This document shows positions 29,829 to 40,015 of a DNA stretch of 64,000 bases, one piece after another (the first letter of the stretch is position 1; each line of letters opens with the position of its first letter). Origin of the DNA: Nitrospirota bacterium. Its GTDB lineage: Bacteria; Nitrospirota; Nitrospiria; Nitrospirales; Nitrospiraceae. The stretch is taken from positions 85,117 to 149,116 of the forward strand of contig CAVPGK010000023.1 of assembly GCA_963703955.1 (NCBI GenBank). The letters are read 5' to 3'. A program made the position numbers and the translations under genes. The notes beneath the pieces are model-generated. The model was not told where the DNA came from. It was given only the letters and a program-made list of their open reading frames with translations, and searched no databases.

Positions 29829-31289
29829 TTACTCTCCGGCCTCCGCGACGATGTCGTTCGACGACAAGGTTCCATTGGCCAGCTTGCTGTGTTTCATCCC
29901 ATAGCCGAGATAAATGACGACCCCAATCACGGTCCACACCGCAAACCGGACCCAGGTCAGGGTCGGCAGAAAGGCCATCAGCCCGAGGCACGCCGCGATT
30001 CCCAACAACGCCACCCACGGCATGAAAGGAACTCGAAATGGTCGCGGATGGGCAGGCCGGGCCCGCCGCAGGATGATGACCCCGAAGCAGACGAGCACAA
30101 AGGCGAAGAGCGTGCCGATATTGGTCATGTCCGCCGCCTCGCCGATCGGCACGAGCGCCGCGAGCACGGCTACCGCCACACCGGTGAGAATCGTCGCGCG
30201 ATGGGGTGTCCGATACCGTGGATGGACGACAGCAAGCCATGGTCCCAGCAGTTGGTCACGTGACATGGCGAAGAACACCCGGATCTGTCCCATCATCATG
30301 ACCACCAGCACGCTGGTAATCCCTGCGACCGCCCCTACCGCCACCAAGGCCGCTCCCCACTGGAACCCTGCGACCCGCAACGCTTCGGCCACCGGCGCAT
30401 GCACATCGATCTTCGTATAGGGAATCATGCCGGTGAGCACGGCGGCCACCAAGACATAGAGGACCGTACAGATGCTCAGGGAGGTAATGATGCCGATCGG
30501 GAGATCGCGCTGCGGATTTTTTGCTTCTTCGGCGGTCGTGGACACGGCGTCGAACCCGACGTACGCGAAGAAGACGATGGCGGCGGCGGCCCCGACCCCC
30601 TCAAACCCGTAGGGCATGAACGGCGACCAGTTCCTTGGTTCTATCGATGAGGACCCCACCGCGATGAAAAAGAGGACGACAGCCAGTTTTATCAACACGA
30701 TCACACCGGTAGTGCGAGCGCTTTCCTTCACGCCGATCACGAGCACCACCGTCACCAGCAGCACAATGATCGCGGCGGGCAAATTGGCCACCCCGCCTTC
30801 GAGCGAGCCGGGCGCATGGGTGGCCCATACCGGCAAGTCGATGCCGAGGGTTCTCAGGATGTTGTTAAAGTAGCCGGACCACCCGATTGCGACGGCGACA
30901 CAAGCCACGCCATACTCGAGGATGAGGTTCCACCCCGTGATCCAGGCCAGGAACTCCCCCAATGTCGCGTACGAATAGGTGTACGCGCTGCCTGCGACCG
31001 GAATCATTGCGGCCAGCTCCGCGTAGCAGAGCGCGGCCAAAGCACAGGTGATGCCGGACAGGACAAACGACAGCACAATACCGGGTCCGGCTCCGGGACG
31101 ATGGGCGTCGCCCACCACGGCCGTACCGATGAGCACGAAAATGCCGGTCCCGATGATCGCTCCGATGCCCAGGGCGGTTAGATCCCAGACCGTGAGCGTT
31201 TTTTTCAGGCGGTGCTCGGGACGATCGCTATCCGCGAGGATTTGCTCAATGGGTTTGACGCGCAAGAGAGAATCGGTTGGATGCGACAC
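29829..31289 (-). CDS. Amino acid permease (APC/CAT family)
   Basis: GAIIGTGIF, CYAELAAMIPVAGSAYTY, FFAYVGFD, EEAKNPQRDLP; GTG start at 31289 with GGAGG RBS. Confidence 0.95.
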   Translation of the reverse strand: MSHPTDSLLRVKPIEQILADSDRPEHRLKKTLTVWDLTALGIGAIIGTGIFVLIGTAVVGDAHRPGAGPGIVLSFVLSGITCALAALCYAELAAMIPVAGSAYTYSYATLGEFLAWITGWNLILEYGVACVAVAIGWSGYFNNILRTLGIDLPVWATHAPGSLEGGVANLPAAIIVLLVTVVLVIGVKESARTTGVIVLIKLAVVLFFIAVGSSSIEPRNWSPFMPYGFEGVGAAAAIVFFAYVGFDAVSTTAEEAKNPQRDLPIGIITSLSICTVLYVLVAAVLTGMIPYTKIDVHAPVAEALRVAGFQWGAALVAVGAVAGITSVLVVMMMGQIRVFFAMSRDQLLGPWLAVVHPRYRTPHRATILTGVAVAVLAALVPIGEAADMTNIGTLFAFVLVCFGVIILRRARPAHPRPFRVPFMPWVALLGIAACLGLMAFLPTLTWVRFAVWTVIGVVIYLGYGMKHSKLANGTLSSNDIVAEAGE

Positions 31290-31428
31290 TCGGCCTCCAT
31301 TCGATGACAGTGGACAAGACAATGTTACCAGGGTTTCCAAAAAAGGAGTGCCGGCGACGGTTGGGAGGTTGCTCAGGAGCGACCGTGAAGGGGCTATGCA
31401 GCCGAGCGGCACAGGAGCATCCTTTTTC

Positions 31429-32165
31429 TTAGCATGCTTTTCGGGCGACCTTGAGAAAGGCCTGGAACAGCCTCCGATGCACGTCATGACGGTCATAGAG
31501 AAATTCGGGATGCCACTGGACCCCAAGCAGGAAGGGATGCGAGGGGACTCGATGGCTTCGATCACCCCGTCTGGAGCCACCGCGCTGGCCACCAGCGACG
31601 GCGCGACCTGCTTCACGGACTGATGATGGGAGCTATTCACGCGGATCTTCGCCGCTCGGGCGATCGTCCTGAGCAGGCTTCCAGGTGCGACGTCGATCGA
31701 GTGAGATAACCGGGTCGCCGGGAGAGGTGACCGATGGGGGAGCGCCGACTTGAGCTGTGATGAAATATCCTGGACGAGACTTCCGCCCAAGGCCACATTC
31801 ATCGCCTGCATGCCGCCACAGATCCCCAAGACCGGCAGGTCGCTGTCAGCCGCCATTCTGGCGATATCCAGCTCAAAGTCATAGCGCTGCCGGCTGACCA
31901 CCCGAAATGCGTATCGCTGGTGTTCGCGGTAGAGGCTGGGAGGAAGGTCCGGACCGCTGCCGGTCAGCAACAGACCGTGCACTCCCTTCAACAAACCACG
32001 CCGGACAGCTCGATCCTCCGCCAGCGGCAAGATCAGCGGTACGCCACCGAGTTCTTCGATGGCCCGGACATAGCGAGCCCGCAGGAAATAGGTCGGCTCA
32101 CGGCCCCCCATGTCCTCACGATCGCCGGCATTGAAATCCGGCGTCACCCCGATAATGGGCTTCAT
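31429..32165 (-). CDS. Gamma-glutamyl-GABA hydrolase family protein (peptidase C26/PuuD-like); frameshift at the G4 run 31543-31546
   Basis: PIIGVT, VLGICGGMQ, VNSSHHQ, DGVIEAIE. One extra base restores HPFLLGVQWHPE and a stop at 31429-31431. Confidence 0.9.
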
Positions 32166-32189
32166 GCGAACGGCGTCAGGACGCGTGGA

Positions 32190-32669
32190 TTATTTCATCG
32201 GCTCCGGTGTTGACATCGGCTCGAGAGAAGGCGTCGGTTCATGGATCGGCTGTTCCGACACCTCTTCGTCTTCCGGCGGCACGCCGAGGAAGCGCACCGC
32301 CTTTTCCCCTTTCAGGTGTTCAGGGGTAATCACATAGGTGCCCCGCATACTGGTGTTCCAGACTGCGCTGGCTGCCTTTTTGTCCCCCGCACTGAATGCG
32401 TAGGTAAACCCGCCGAAGATTCCTCCGAGAGTGGCGAACATGAATTTTCCGATTCCGTACGGGATAGACAGGAAGACACTGGCCGCGCCGAGCCCATACT
32501 GGGTGCCGGTACTCTGGCGACGCTCATCAGACCCGCCACCCATCTCTTGAGCCCAGCCCGACGGAACCACCGCGAGGTGAAAGAAGGCCACAGCCAACAC
32601 GATGGCCGTCATCCGAAACCGGACGGCTTCAGATTTGACCTGTTTCCGATCTACATCGAAATGTCCCAC
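32190..32669 (-). CDS. Hypothetical exported or membrane protein
   Basis: Signal-like segment and a Gly-rich hydrophobic hairpin; RBS AAGGAGG. Confidence 0.7.
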   Translation of the reverse strand: MGHFDVDRKQVKSEAVRFRMTAIVLAVAFFHLAVVPSGWAQEMGGGSDERRQSTGTQYGLGAASVFLSIPYGIGKFMFATLGGIFGGFTYAFSAGDKKAASAVWNTSMRGTYVITPEHLKGEKAVRFLGVPPEDEEVSEQPIHEPTPSLEPMSTPEPMK

Positions 32670-32800
32670 TGTTGACCTCCTTAACGCTCACGTCTGCGTG
32701 TTCGTCATGGCGCAATGCGTGACAGTAGTTACAACAAATCGGGGCCGGATGCAACACTCAATATCATGGTGCGTCGTGATGAGGACGCGCAGACCTCCGG

Positions 32801-33250
32801 TTAGGTTGCCGGAATATCCAGTTCCGTAAGGATGTTCGTTTTGATCCGATCGCCGTGTTCCACGACCATACGATCGACCTCTGCGACAAAGCGGTCGGAT
32901 TCCACACGGCTGTTTTCCTGTCGGATGTCGGTCGCCAGCGTGAGCGAGAGCTTGAGCGAACAGATCTCCTGAACCAACAGGTCACGTGCGCGACTTTCGG
33001 AGTCCTCTCGCTCGGTGGCAGGCAGCGCGCGTACGATCGCCTTCAGCCAGACGTCAAACCCGATGCGCTGTTTGATCGACGCCACCTGCGCGTCACCGAC
33101 CTCGACGGCAATCTGCGCGCCCCCTTTCCAGCTTCGCTTCTTGACGTTGAAGATACAAACCTGCTGGGACGGGGGCTCCGTCATCGCCTCGGGGCCGTAA
33201 AACAGTGTGATCCGATAGAGTGGAAGTTGGGGCGTGGGAATCGACGACAT
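32801..33250 (-). CDS. Hypothetical protein
   Basis: Clean ORF, RBS GAGGAG before MSSIPTP; no motif recognised. Confidence 0.7.
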   Translation of the reverse strand: MSSIPTPQLPLYRITLFYGPEAMTEPPSQQVCIFNVKKRSWKGGAQIAVEVGDAQVASIKQRIGFDVWLKAIVRALPATEREDSESRARDLLVQEICSLKLSLTLATDIRQENSRVESDRFVAEVDRMVVEHGDRIKTNILTELDIPAT

Positions 33251-33339
33251 CGTCTCCTCTCGCGGCTGCATTGTAGCATGCCTCGCAGCGGCTCGACGCG
33301 CATTGACGTCGCGTCTTTCCCACGGCTAAGATACCGCCC

Positions 33340-34544
33340 GTGACGGACACGATGCGCCTCCTAGACCGCGTCGCGGAGATCCAGCAGGTCTTGCGCGATT
33401 CCTTCGACGTGGACGGATGGCTGTTCTATGATTTTCGGGGCAGCGACCCCCTCGCCTATCGCATCCTCCGGATCGACCCGACCCGCCATGTCACTCGACG
33501 CTGGTACTACTGGATCCCTGCGCAGGGGAACCCGGTGAAACTGATGCACCGGATCGAGCCGCACATCCTCGACGAGCTGCCGGGAGAGACGCTGCTCTAT
33601 GTCTCCTGGCCTGAGCAGCGGGCCTGTCTGGCGCGCACGCTGACGAATGTCAAGCGGGTCGCGATGCAATATTCCCCGATGAACGCCATTCCCTACATCT
33701 CGCGGGTGGATGCCGGAACGTTGGAATTGATTCGAAGCCTCTCGGTCGACGTGGTGACCTCGGCGGATCTGGTGCAGCGCTTTGAAGCGGTGTGGAACGA
33801 TCATCAGCTCGCGTCGCATCAGGACGCCACCGACAAACTTCGCCGTATCGTGGATGAAGCCTTCGAACATGTCGGACATTCGGTCATGACCCACCAATCA
33901 ATGAGTACGGTCTGCAGCAATTCATCCTGTCCCGCATCGCAGATCATGGATTGATCGCATCCACCCCCCCGATCGTCGCCGTCAATGCGCACAGCGCCGA
34001 TCCTCACTACGGACCCGGACCGGAGGGGTCGGCCGAGATCGTGTCGGGAGATCTCCTGCTGATCGATCTATGGGCCAAGCGACTCGAACCAGGCAGCGTC
34101 TACGGAGACATCACCTGGACCGGCTACGTCGGGCATGAGATCCCCCCGCACCATCGCGAGGTCTTTCAGATCGTGCGTGAGGCGCGCGACGTTGCGCTGG
34201 CCTTCGTTCGCACCCATGTCTCCTCGGGACAATTTCCCTGCGGGTGGCAGGTGGACGAGGTCTGCCGCCAGGTGATCAGGCAGGCCGGCCACGGCGACCG
34301 GTTCCTTCATCGCACGGGGCATTCCATCGGTGAAGAAGTGCACGGCAACGGCGCCAACATCGACAATCTGGAGACACGGGACGAGCGGCGGCTCTTACCG
34401 AAGACGTGTTTCTCGATTGAGCCGGGGATCTATCTCACCGGGCAGTTCGGCATTCGAAGCGAATTGGATGTGTACCTCTCGGAGCGAGAAGCCATGGTCT
34501 TCGGCCAGCCCATCCAGACGGACATTGTCCCAATTCTGAAGTAG
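33340..34544 (+). CDS. M24 (Xaa-Pro aminopeptidase-like) metallopeptidase; frameshift near 33890
   Basis: PHY, LLIDLWAK, DITWTG, HRTGHSIG..VHG, FSIEPGIY, FGIRSE. Confidence 0.9.
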
Positions 34545-34666
34545 ACGCGCCGTACCATGTCAGGGTCGCTACCCGAAAGGGTCCTTTGTCTGGCTCCCCG
34601 CTTCTCACCTTCATTGGCTTGACACCACTGAGTTCAGCCGGATAGTCTGAAGCCACGGAGTCGTCG

Positions 34667-35539
34667 ATGTTTGGCACGCTTGGGTTTTCGGAATTAATCA
34701 TCATTCTGGCCATTGTTCTGATTATCTTTGGCGCAGGCCGGCTTCCCCAGATCGGTGAGGGGCTCGGAAAGGCGCTGAAAGGATTCAAGAAAGAAGTACA
34801 CGAGGCGCCTCCCCCTCTCGATCCGCAGGCAGGCGGCACGACCGGCCCCGTGGCCACGGCATCCCAGCCGATCGAAGATGCCCAGGTCGTCGCGCGATCT
34901 CCTCAGCCTTCGGCGCCCGAGGTCGCCCGTCCCTCGGCGCCTTATCAACCAGGACCCGAATCGACGCCCGGAACAACCGCGGCGCTCATGGCAGGTGCGG
35001 CTCCCCAACACGCGCAGCTTCCTCGACCGCTCTCAGTTCAGCCCGCACCTAGTGCGGCCAGCATACAACCAGCCACGGCCAGGCAGCCGACACCGCCTCC
35101 AGGACAGTCCTCACAGCCGGTGACGATGGAACAGCGGATGTCCCAGCCTCCGCCTGCTCCACCGGGCATTTATCCGGCTTTGCCTCCCTCCGCCCAAGCC
35201 AAAGCGCCGACCAAACGACCGTCGGCTGTGGTGAACAAGGAAGCCGTGGCTCGGGTTCAAGCTCAGCAGGCAGCACTCAAGGCGAAGGGTGCTCAACAAC
35301 CACAGACCTCGGGTGCAAACCAACCAGGGCTTTCTCCAAAAGACATGCAAGGTCTGGGAGAAAGTCTCGGCGACGCGCTCCGGACCTTTCGCCAGGCGGC
35401 TGCCGATGTGCGCAGCTCCATCGATCCGGAGATGCGAACCATCCGGGCTGAGGTGGATGCGGCCCAAAAAGAAATCGAGCAGTCGGTCGAGGCGGCGAAG
35501 CAGATGCCCGTTCAAGAAGACTCTCCCAAATCCTCATAG
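34667..35539 (+). CDS. tatA: TatA/E-family translocase subunit with a long C-terminal extension
   Basis: [42 protein letters not shown]. Confidence 0.85.
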   Translation: MFGTLGFSELIIILAIVLIIFGAGRLPQIGEGLGKALKGFKKEVHEAPPPLDPQAGGTTGPVATASQPIEDAQVVARSPQPSAPEVARPSAPYQPGPESTPGTTAALMAGAAPQHAQLPRPLSVQPAPSAASIQPATARQPTPPPGQSSQPVTMEQRMSQPPPAPPGIYPALPPSAQAKAPTKRPSAVVNKEAVARVQAQQAALKAKGAQQPQTSGANQPGLSPKDMQGLGESLGDALRTFRQAAADVRSSIDPEMRTIRAEVDAAQKEIEQSVEAAKQMPVQEDSPKSS

Positions 35540-35556
35540 CTCGACCTCAAACCTTG

Positions 35557-35861
35557 CCCGGATTATTCATGAACACCTACTGCGGCAGCCGATCCTCTCG
35601 ATCAGCGGGGCCTTTCTCGTTCAGTGGACCGGCCGCCTCACCGTCTCGGCGGCGTCCGCAAACGTGGCGCTCGTTATTCCTCGCGCCGTGCGCCCTCGAC
35701 GGACTGCAAGTACGCCTGCGTCGGCGTCACTTGCGAGAAGCCCCGGTGGCCTTCGGTCTCAGCAAGACACCGCCGCCTCACCACTCGGCGGCGTCCGCAA
35801 ACGTGACGCTCGTTATTCCTCGCGTCGCGGACCTCGCGACGGCATTCACGAACAATCCGGG
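35557..35861. mobile_element. 305-bp MITE with 17-bp TIRs and a CTTG target-site duplication
   Basis: CCCGGATTATTCATGAA … TTCACGAACAATCCGGG (15/17), flanked by CTTG at 35553-35556 and 35862-35865; internal direct repeat at 35632-35685 and 35772-35824. Confidence 0.8.
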
Positions 35862-35880
35862 CTTGTGCGTCCAAACGCGC

Positions 35881-36648
35881 ATGCTTTCCCTGGTCCTGCT
35901 TCTGCCCTTGTTGGTGGCGGCCTGCACGGCCGCTTCATCGTCTGATGGACCGGAGACCGTGGTATCCCGTCTCGTGTCTCTACTGAACGATCCTCAGCCT
36001 GATATTCGAAGAACGGCGGCCCTCTCCCTGGGAAAGATCGCCCAGCCGGAGTCTGGATCAGCCCTCATGTCGGCGTTGCGCGATGCGGACCCACTGGTCC
36101 GCCGGTACAGCGCGTGGGCACTGGGTTCTCTCGGAGAACATGCCCCTCACAATGCCGGCAGCGCGCTCGTTCCTTTGCTGGGAGATTCATCTCCGGAAGT
36201 TGCCATGGCCGCAGCCGAGGCCATCGGAAAGATCGGCGCCTCTCAGCCGGTCGTCGACCTGCTGACCAATGCCTTACGAGATCCATCAGTGAACACTCGA
36301 CGTGCCGCTGTGAAGTCGTTGGCTTGGCTGGAGTCGGCGTCCGCGTACGCCGTCCTCGTTGGGGCGCTGAAAGACCCGGATGATCAGGTGCGTCAGGGGG
36401 CAGCGGCGGCGCTTGGTGAATTGGGAGATCGACGGGCCCTGGTTGTCATGGAAGACCGACTGCTCCATGATCCTGCGATCGGGGTCAGAAGCGAGGCGGC
36501 CTTCCGGCTTGGAAAGTTGGGCGAACACACCGCAATGGCGGCGCTTCGGGCGGCTGCGAATGGGGATCCAGAGATTAAGGTGAGAGGATGGGCCGCGTGG
36601 GCTATTGAGCAACTGGTGTCAGCTGGCGAACCTGGATCAGGGACTTGA
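35881..36648 (+). CDS. HEAT-repeat lipoprotein
   Basis: Lipobox VAAC; repeated L.D....VR..AA.ALG. Confidence 0.88.
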   Translation: MLSLVLLLPLLVAACTAASSSDGPETVVSRLVSLLNDPQPDIRRTAALSLGKIAQPESGSALMSALRDADPLVRRYSAWALGSLGEHAPHNAGSALVPLLGDSSPEVAMAAAEAIGKIGASQPVVDLLTNALRDPSVNTRRAAVKSLAWLESASAYAVLVGALKDPDDQVRQGAAAALGELGDRRALVVMEDRLLHDPAIGVRSEAAFRLGKLGEHTAMAALRAAANGDPEIKVRGWAAWAIEQLVSAGEPGSGT

Positions 36649-37132
36649 CCAGTTCCATCACGTTGTCACGCGCCTGTTGAGGAATATCGGTAAACTGCAC
36701 TCCCATCCCTGGGTACAGAGTGAATCGATCGGGCTTTGGGCGGACCCATGCGACCTTGCATTTGGCGGTGATCGTCTCCAATGGGCGGTCAGGCAGGGCG
36801 AACTCAACCGTGAGATCTGACCCCACAGGAAGCGGCATGCTGCTTTCGATAAAGAGCCCGCCGCCTCCGATTCCGCCCGTCAGCCCGTCGTAACGCCTGC
36901 CCTCGGTCGTGCTATATTTCACCTTGACCGCTAACGGCGCCCGGGGATACGCGCGAACGTGCCTGGGCCCCTGTTGTTCGCCTGACGAACGGATCAAATC
37001 AATTACCGAATCCCAACTGACGTTGCCCAGCGGGCGATCATGAGCATCCAGCAGTGTCATGATCTCCTGCTCACAATCGAGCTCCAACGATTTTCCGCGA
37101 TGTAGTTCAGAAACGAGAATCGGCAACTTCAT
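36602..37132 (-). CDS. PilZ-domain protein
   Basis: RAYPR, GGLFIES, KVAWV, GMGVQFTD. Confidence 0.85.
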   Translation of the reverse strand: MKLPILVSELHRGKSLELDCEQEIMTLLDAHDRPLGNVSWDSVIDLIRSSGEQQGPRHVRAYPRAPLAVKVKYSTTEGRRYDGLTGGIGGGGLFIESSMPLPVGSDLTVEFALPDRPLETITAKCKVAWVRPKPDRFTLYPGMGVQFTDIPQQARDNVMELVKSLIQVRQLTPVAQ

Positions 37133-37216
37133 CTGACTCCTTCCGCAGTCACGCCGCTCTCAGAGAACGCCCCAAGGTCATTGCCCCCGAGGACGGTGGG
37201 ATTTGGTGCCCCTAGC

Positions 37217-37729
37217 CTATCGACCAGCTCGCCTTATCGAGTTGACAAACTCCACGATCCGTCTGCGTGCTTCCGTGGAGATGTCGATAAAGCGAACCCC
37301 CATTCCAGGCGAAAAGGTGTATTGGTCTGATTTTGGACAGACCCAAGAGACGATCCCTTTCGCTTGCATCCACTCAGAGGGACTATCGGGTAGCGCAAAT
37401 TCCAGTGTCAAATCGGTACCAACCCGAAGTGGGGCGGTGCTTTCAATAAAGAGTCCGCCTCCCCCGATTCCACCGGCCCTGCTTTCGACACACTTCCCTC
37501 CGGACGTGCTGTACCGAACCTTCAACACCAGGGACAGACGGGGTTGATCTCGCGTGTCGGGGAGTTGTTCGGGTTCCTGAGCCAGGCGTGCCTGTTCAAT
37601 GATCGTGGCCCAGGTGATCGTCCCAAGCTTCTCACCCTTAAGGCCCCGCACCGTGATCGTTTCCCGTTCACAGTCCAGTTCCAGGGCTTTTCCCTTGTGC
37701 GAGGCCGTGGCGATGACCTGTAGCCTCAT
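37217..37729 (-). CDS. PilZ-domain protein, paralogue of 36602..37132
   Basis: RDQPR, GGLFIES, VSWV, GMGVRFID; shares the N-terminal GK.LELDCE.E. Confidence 0.85.
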   Translation of the reverse strand: MRLQVIATASHKGKALELDCERETITVRGLKGEKLGTITWATIIEQARLAQEPEQLPDTRDQPRLSLVLKVRYSTSGGKCVESRAGGIGGGGLFIESTAPLRVGTDLTLEFALPDSPSEWMQAKGIVSWVCPKSDQYTFSPGMGVRFIDISTEARRRIVEFVNSIRRAGR

Positions 37730-37896
37730 CTCAACCTCCAGGCTTTGCTAGGAAAAGTATAGCCGACTGTCTCGGAATGTCGAGCAAACAGAGGGGGTTT
37801 CGGAGCAGTGCGGAGTGAAATCGAGAGAACTGACCCGTGGGAGTGGGCTGATTGTACCGCCCGGCCGAGCAACGCGGCAGGAAATCCGCGGGTTCG

Positions 37897-39147
37897 TCAG
37901 GCGCTTTTCATTTCCTTGTCTTGCTCAAAGAGCCTGATCGGCTCGCTCTTTCCGGTAATCACTTCTTCGGTGATGACGACTTCTTTGATCTGCTTCTGCG
38001 AGGGTACCTCATACATGATATCCAGCATGACCTCTTCCAGAATCGCCCGAAGCCCACGAGCCCCGGTCTTTTGCGTATAGGCTTTCCTGGCAATTGCACC
38101 CAACGCGCCCTCGGTGAATTTCAATTTCACCTTTTCGAAAGACATGAGCTTCTCGTACTGTTTGGTCAGCGCATTCCGTGGCTCGGTGAGAATGCGAATC
38201 AGCGATTTTTCGTCCAATTCTTCAAGCGTCGCGACAACCGGGAGCCGGCCAACGAATTCCGGGATCAGACCGAATTTCAGCAGATCCTCGGGCTGGATCT
38301 GTGCCAACAGCTCACCAAGTCGCCGATCGTTCTTGCCACGCACGTCGGCACCAAATCCGATCGCTTTCTGGTTCAGCCGCTGTTCAATGATTGACTCCAA
38401 CCCGACAAAGGCTCCCCCGCAAACAAACAGGATGTTGCTCGTATCGACCTGGATAAATTCCTGATGGGGATGCTTACGGCCGCCCTGCGGCGGGACATTG
38501 GCGACGGTACCTTCAATCAATTTGAGCAGCGCCTGCTGTACCCCTTCCCCGGACACATCACGCGTGATGGAAGGGCTGTCGCTCTTCCGGCTGATCTTGT
38601 CGATCTCATCGATGTAGACGATGCCGCGCTCGGCCCGCTCAACGTCGTAATCGGATGCCTGAAGCAGCTTGAGAATGATGTTTTCCACATCCTCGCCGAC
38701 GTACCCCGCCTCGGTCAGAGTCGTCGCATCCGCGAGCGTGAACGGTACATCGAGATAGCGCGCCAGGGTTTGCGCTAAGAGGGTCTTGCCAGTGCCGGTC
38801 GGCCCGACCACCAGAATGTTGCCCTTGTGAAGCTCGATATCGTCCACCTCATTGGCCGAAATGCGTTTATAGTGATTGTGCACCGCGACCGACAGGATTT
38901 TCTTGGCCCGATCCTGACCGATCACGTACTGGTCCAAATGGTGTTTGATCTCGGCTGGCTTACGGAGCTTGGAGGAAATCTCCTCCTTGGCTTCTTCCCA
39001 ATCTTCCGCGATGATGTCATTACACAGATTGACACATTCATCGCAAATGTAGACCGTGGGACCAGCGATCAGCTTCCGGACCTCATCGCGACTCTTTCCG
39101 CAAAAGGAACATCGCAAGTGGCGGTCCATCTTGTCCTGTTTGGGCAT
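37897..39147 (-). CDS. clpX: ATP-dependent Clp protease ATP-binding subunit
   Basis: CSFCGK zinc finger, [31 protein letters not shown] loop, GARGLR. Confidence 0.99.
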   Translation of the reverse strand: MPKQDKMDRHLRCSFCGKSRDEVRKLIAGPTVYICDECVNLCNDIIAEDWEEAKEEISSKLRKPAEIKHHLDQYVIGQDRAKKILSVAVHNHYKRISANEVDDIELHKGNILVVGPTGTGKTLLAQTLARYLDVPFTLADATTLTEAGYVGEDVENIILKLLQASDYDVERAERGIVYIDEIDKISRKSDSPSITRDVSGEGVQQALLKLIEGTVANVPPQGGRKHPHQEFIQVDTSNILFVCGGAFVGLESIIEQRLNQKAIGFGADVRGKNDRRLGELLAQIQPEDLLKFGLIPEFVGRLPVVATLEELDEKSLIRILTEPRNALTKQYEKLMSFEKVKLKFTEGALGAIARKAYTQKTGARGLRAILEEVMLDIMYEVPSQKQIKEVVITEEVITGKSEPIRLFEQDKEMKSA

Positions 39148-39157
39148 GTCGCCTCCC

Positions 39158-39814
39158 CTAAAACTCCTTCTTTTCCTTCCCGTCCTTCAGGTGATCCTTC
39201 GAGCCTTGCTCTTTGATCAGGTCCTTCACGGCCTTGGGTGGGCGGGTAATGACCTCATCGATCAGCCCGTACTTCTTGGCTTCCTCACCTGACATGAAAT
39301 AGTCCCGCTCCGTGTCGGCCGCGATCTTGTCAAGCAGCTGGCCCGTATGCTTGGCAAGGATCTCGTTGAGCCGTTCCCTGATTTTCAGGATCTCCCGAGC
39401 ATGAATATCGATCTCGGTCGCCTGTCCCTGGAACCCGCCCATCGGTTGATGAATCATGATGCGGGCATTCGGCAGGGCGAACCGCTTGCCCTTGGTGCCG
39501 GCAGCCAGCAAGAGCGCTCCCATGCTCGCTGCTTGACCGAGACAGATGGTATTGATCGCGGGTTTCACGTACTGCATCGTGTCGTAAATACCAAGCCCGG
39601 CAGTGACGCTCCCGCCTGGGGAGTTGATATAGAGGTTGACATCCTTCTCAGGATCTTCCGCCTCCAGGAAGAGAAGTTGGGCAATGATCAAATTGGCGAA
39701 CACGTCGTCAACCGGCGCCCCCAAGAAAATGATCCGGTCTTTGAGCAGACGCGAGTAGATATCGTAAGCGCGTTCGCCGCGGTTTGTCTGCTCGATAACA
39801 ATCGGCACTAGCAT
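39158..39814 (-). CDS. clpP: Clp protease proteolytic subunit
   Basis: [30 protein letters not shown]. Confidence 0.99.
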   Translation of the reverse strand: MLVPIVIEQTNRGERAYDIYSRLLKDRIIFLGAPVDDVFANLIIAQLLFLEAEDPEKDVNLYINSPGGSVTAGLGIYDTMQYVKPAINTICLGQAASMGALLLAAGTKGKRFALPNARIMIHQPMGGFQGQATEIDIHAREILKIRERLNEILAKHTGQLLDKIAADTERDYFMSGEEAKKYGLIDEVITRPPKAVKDLIKEQGSKDHLKDGKEKKEF

Positions 39815-39920
39815 GAGAATCTGTCCTTTCTCTTCAGAACCCTCCAGTGGCTCATCTTACCACATTTTGTTTACATTACTGCCTCAACCTGGCTCATCCG
39901 TCATGATCTCTTCCTCGCGA

Positions 39921-40006
39921 GGGAGTGGCGGTGGTGCTGCCATTGCGGCCATCGAGCGAGCACATTCTGATGATCGCGCGCTCTGGAGCACAGGGCTGCT
40001 ACTCCC
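39921..40006. repeat. Palindromic intergenic element (module B)
   Basis: Arms GGGAGTGGCGG/CTGCTACTCCC enclose CGAGCACATTCTGAT…GCGCG, matching the reverse complement of 21388-21440. Confidence 0.7.
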
Positions 40007-40015
40007 TGCATCCCG

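Noticed and set aside
29829..32165. 778-aa glutamine amidotransferase-amino acid permease fusion in the ORF track
   Set aside because: The fused frame loses the catalytic QWHPE motif, which is present in another frame. One extra base in the G4 run at 31543-31546 restores a separate hydrolase, and the permease has its own RBS and GTG start at 31289.
35632..35824. Direct repeats as a possible mini-CRISPR
   Set aside because: Only two roughly 54-bp units inside a TIR-bounded element; no leader and no cas genes.
35554..35880. Long N-terminal extensions of the HEAT lipoprotein (from 35554) and of FolK (from 58548)
   Set aside because: Both run through intergenic repeat elements; better-supported starts exist at 35881 (signal peptide) and 58407 (RBS).
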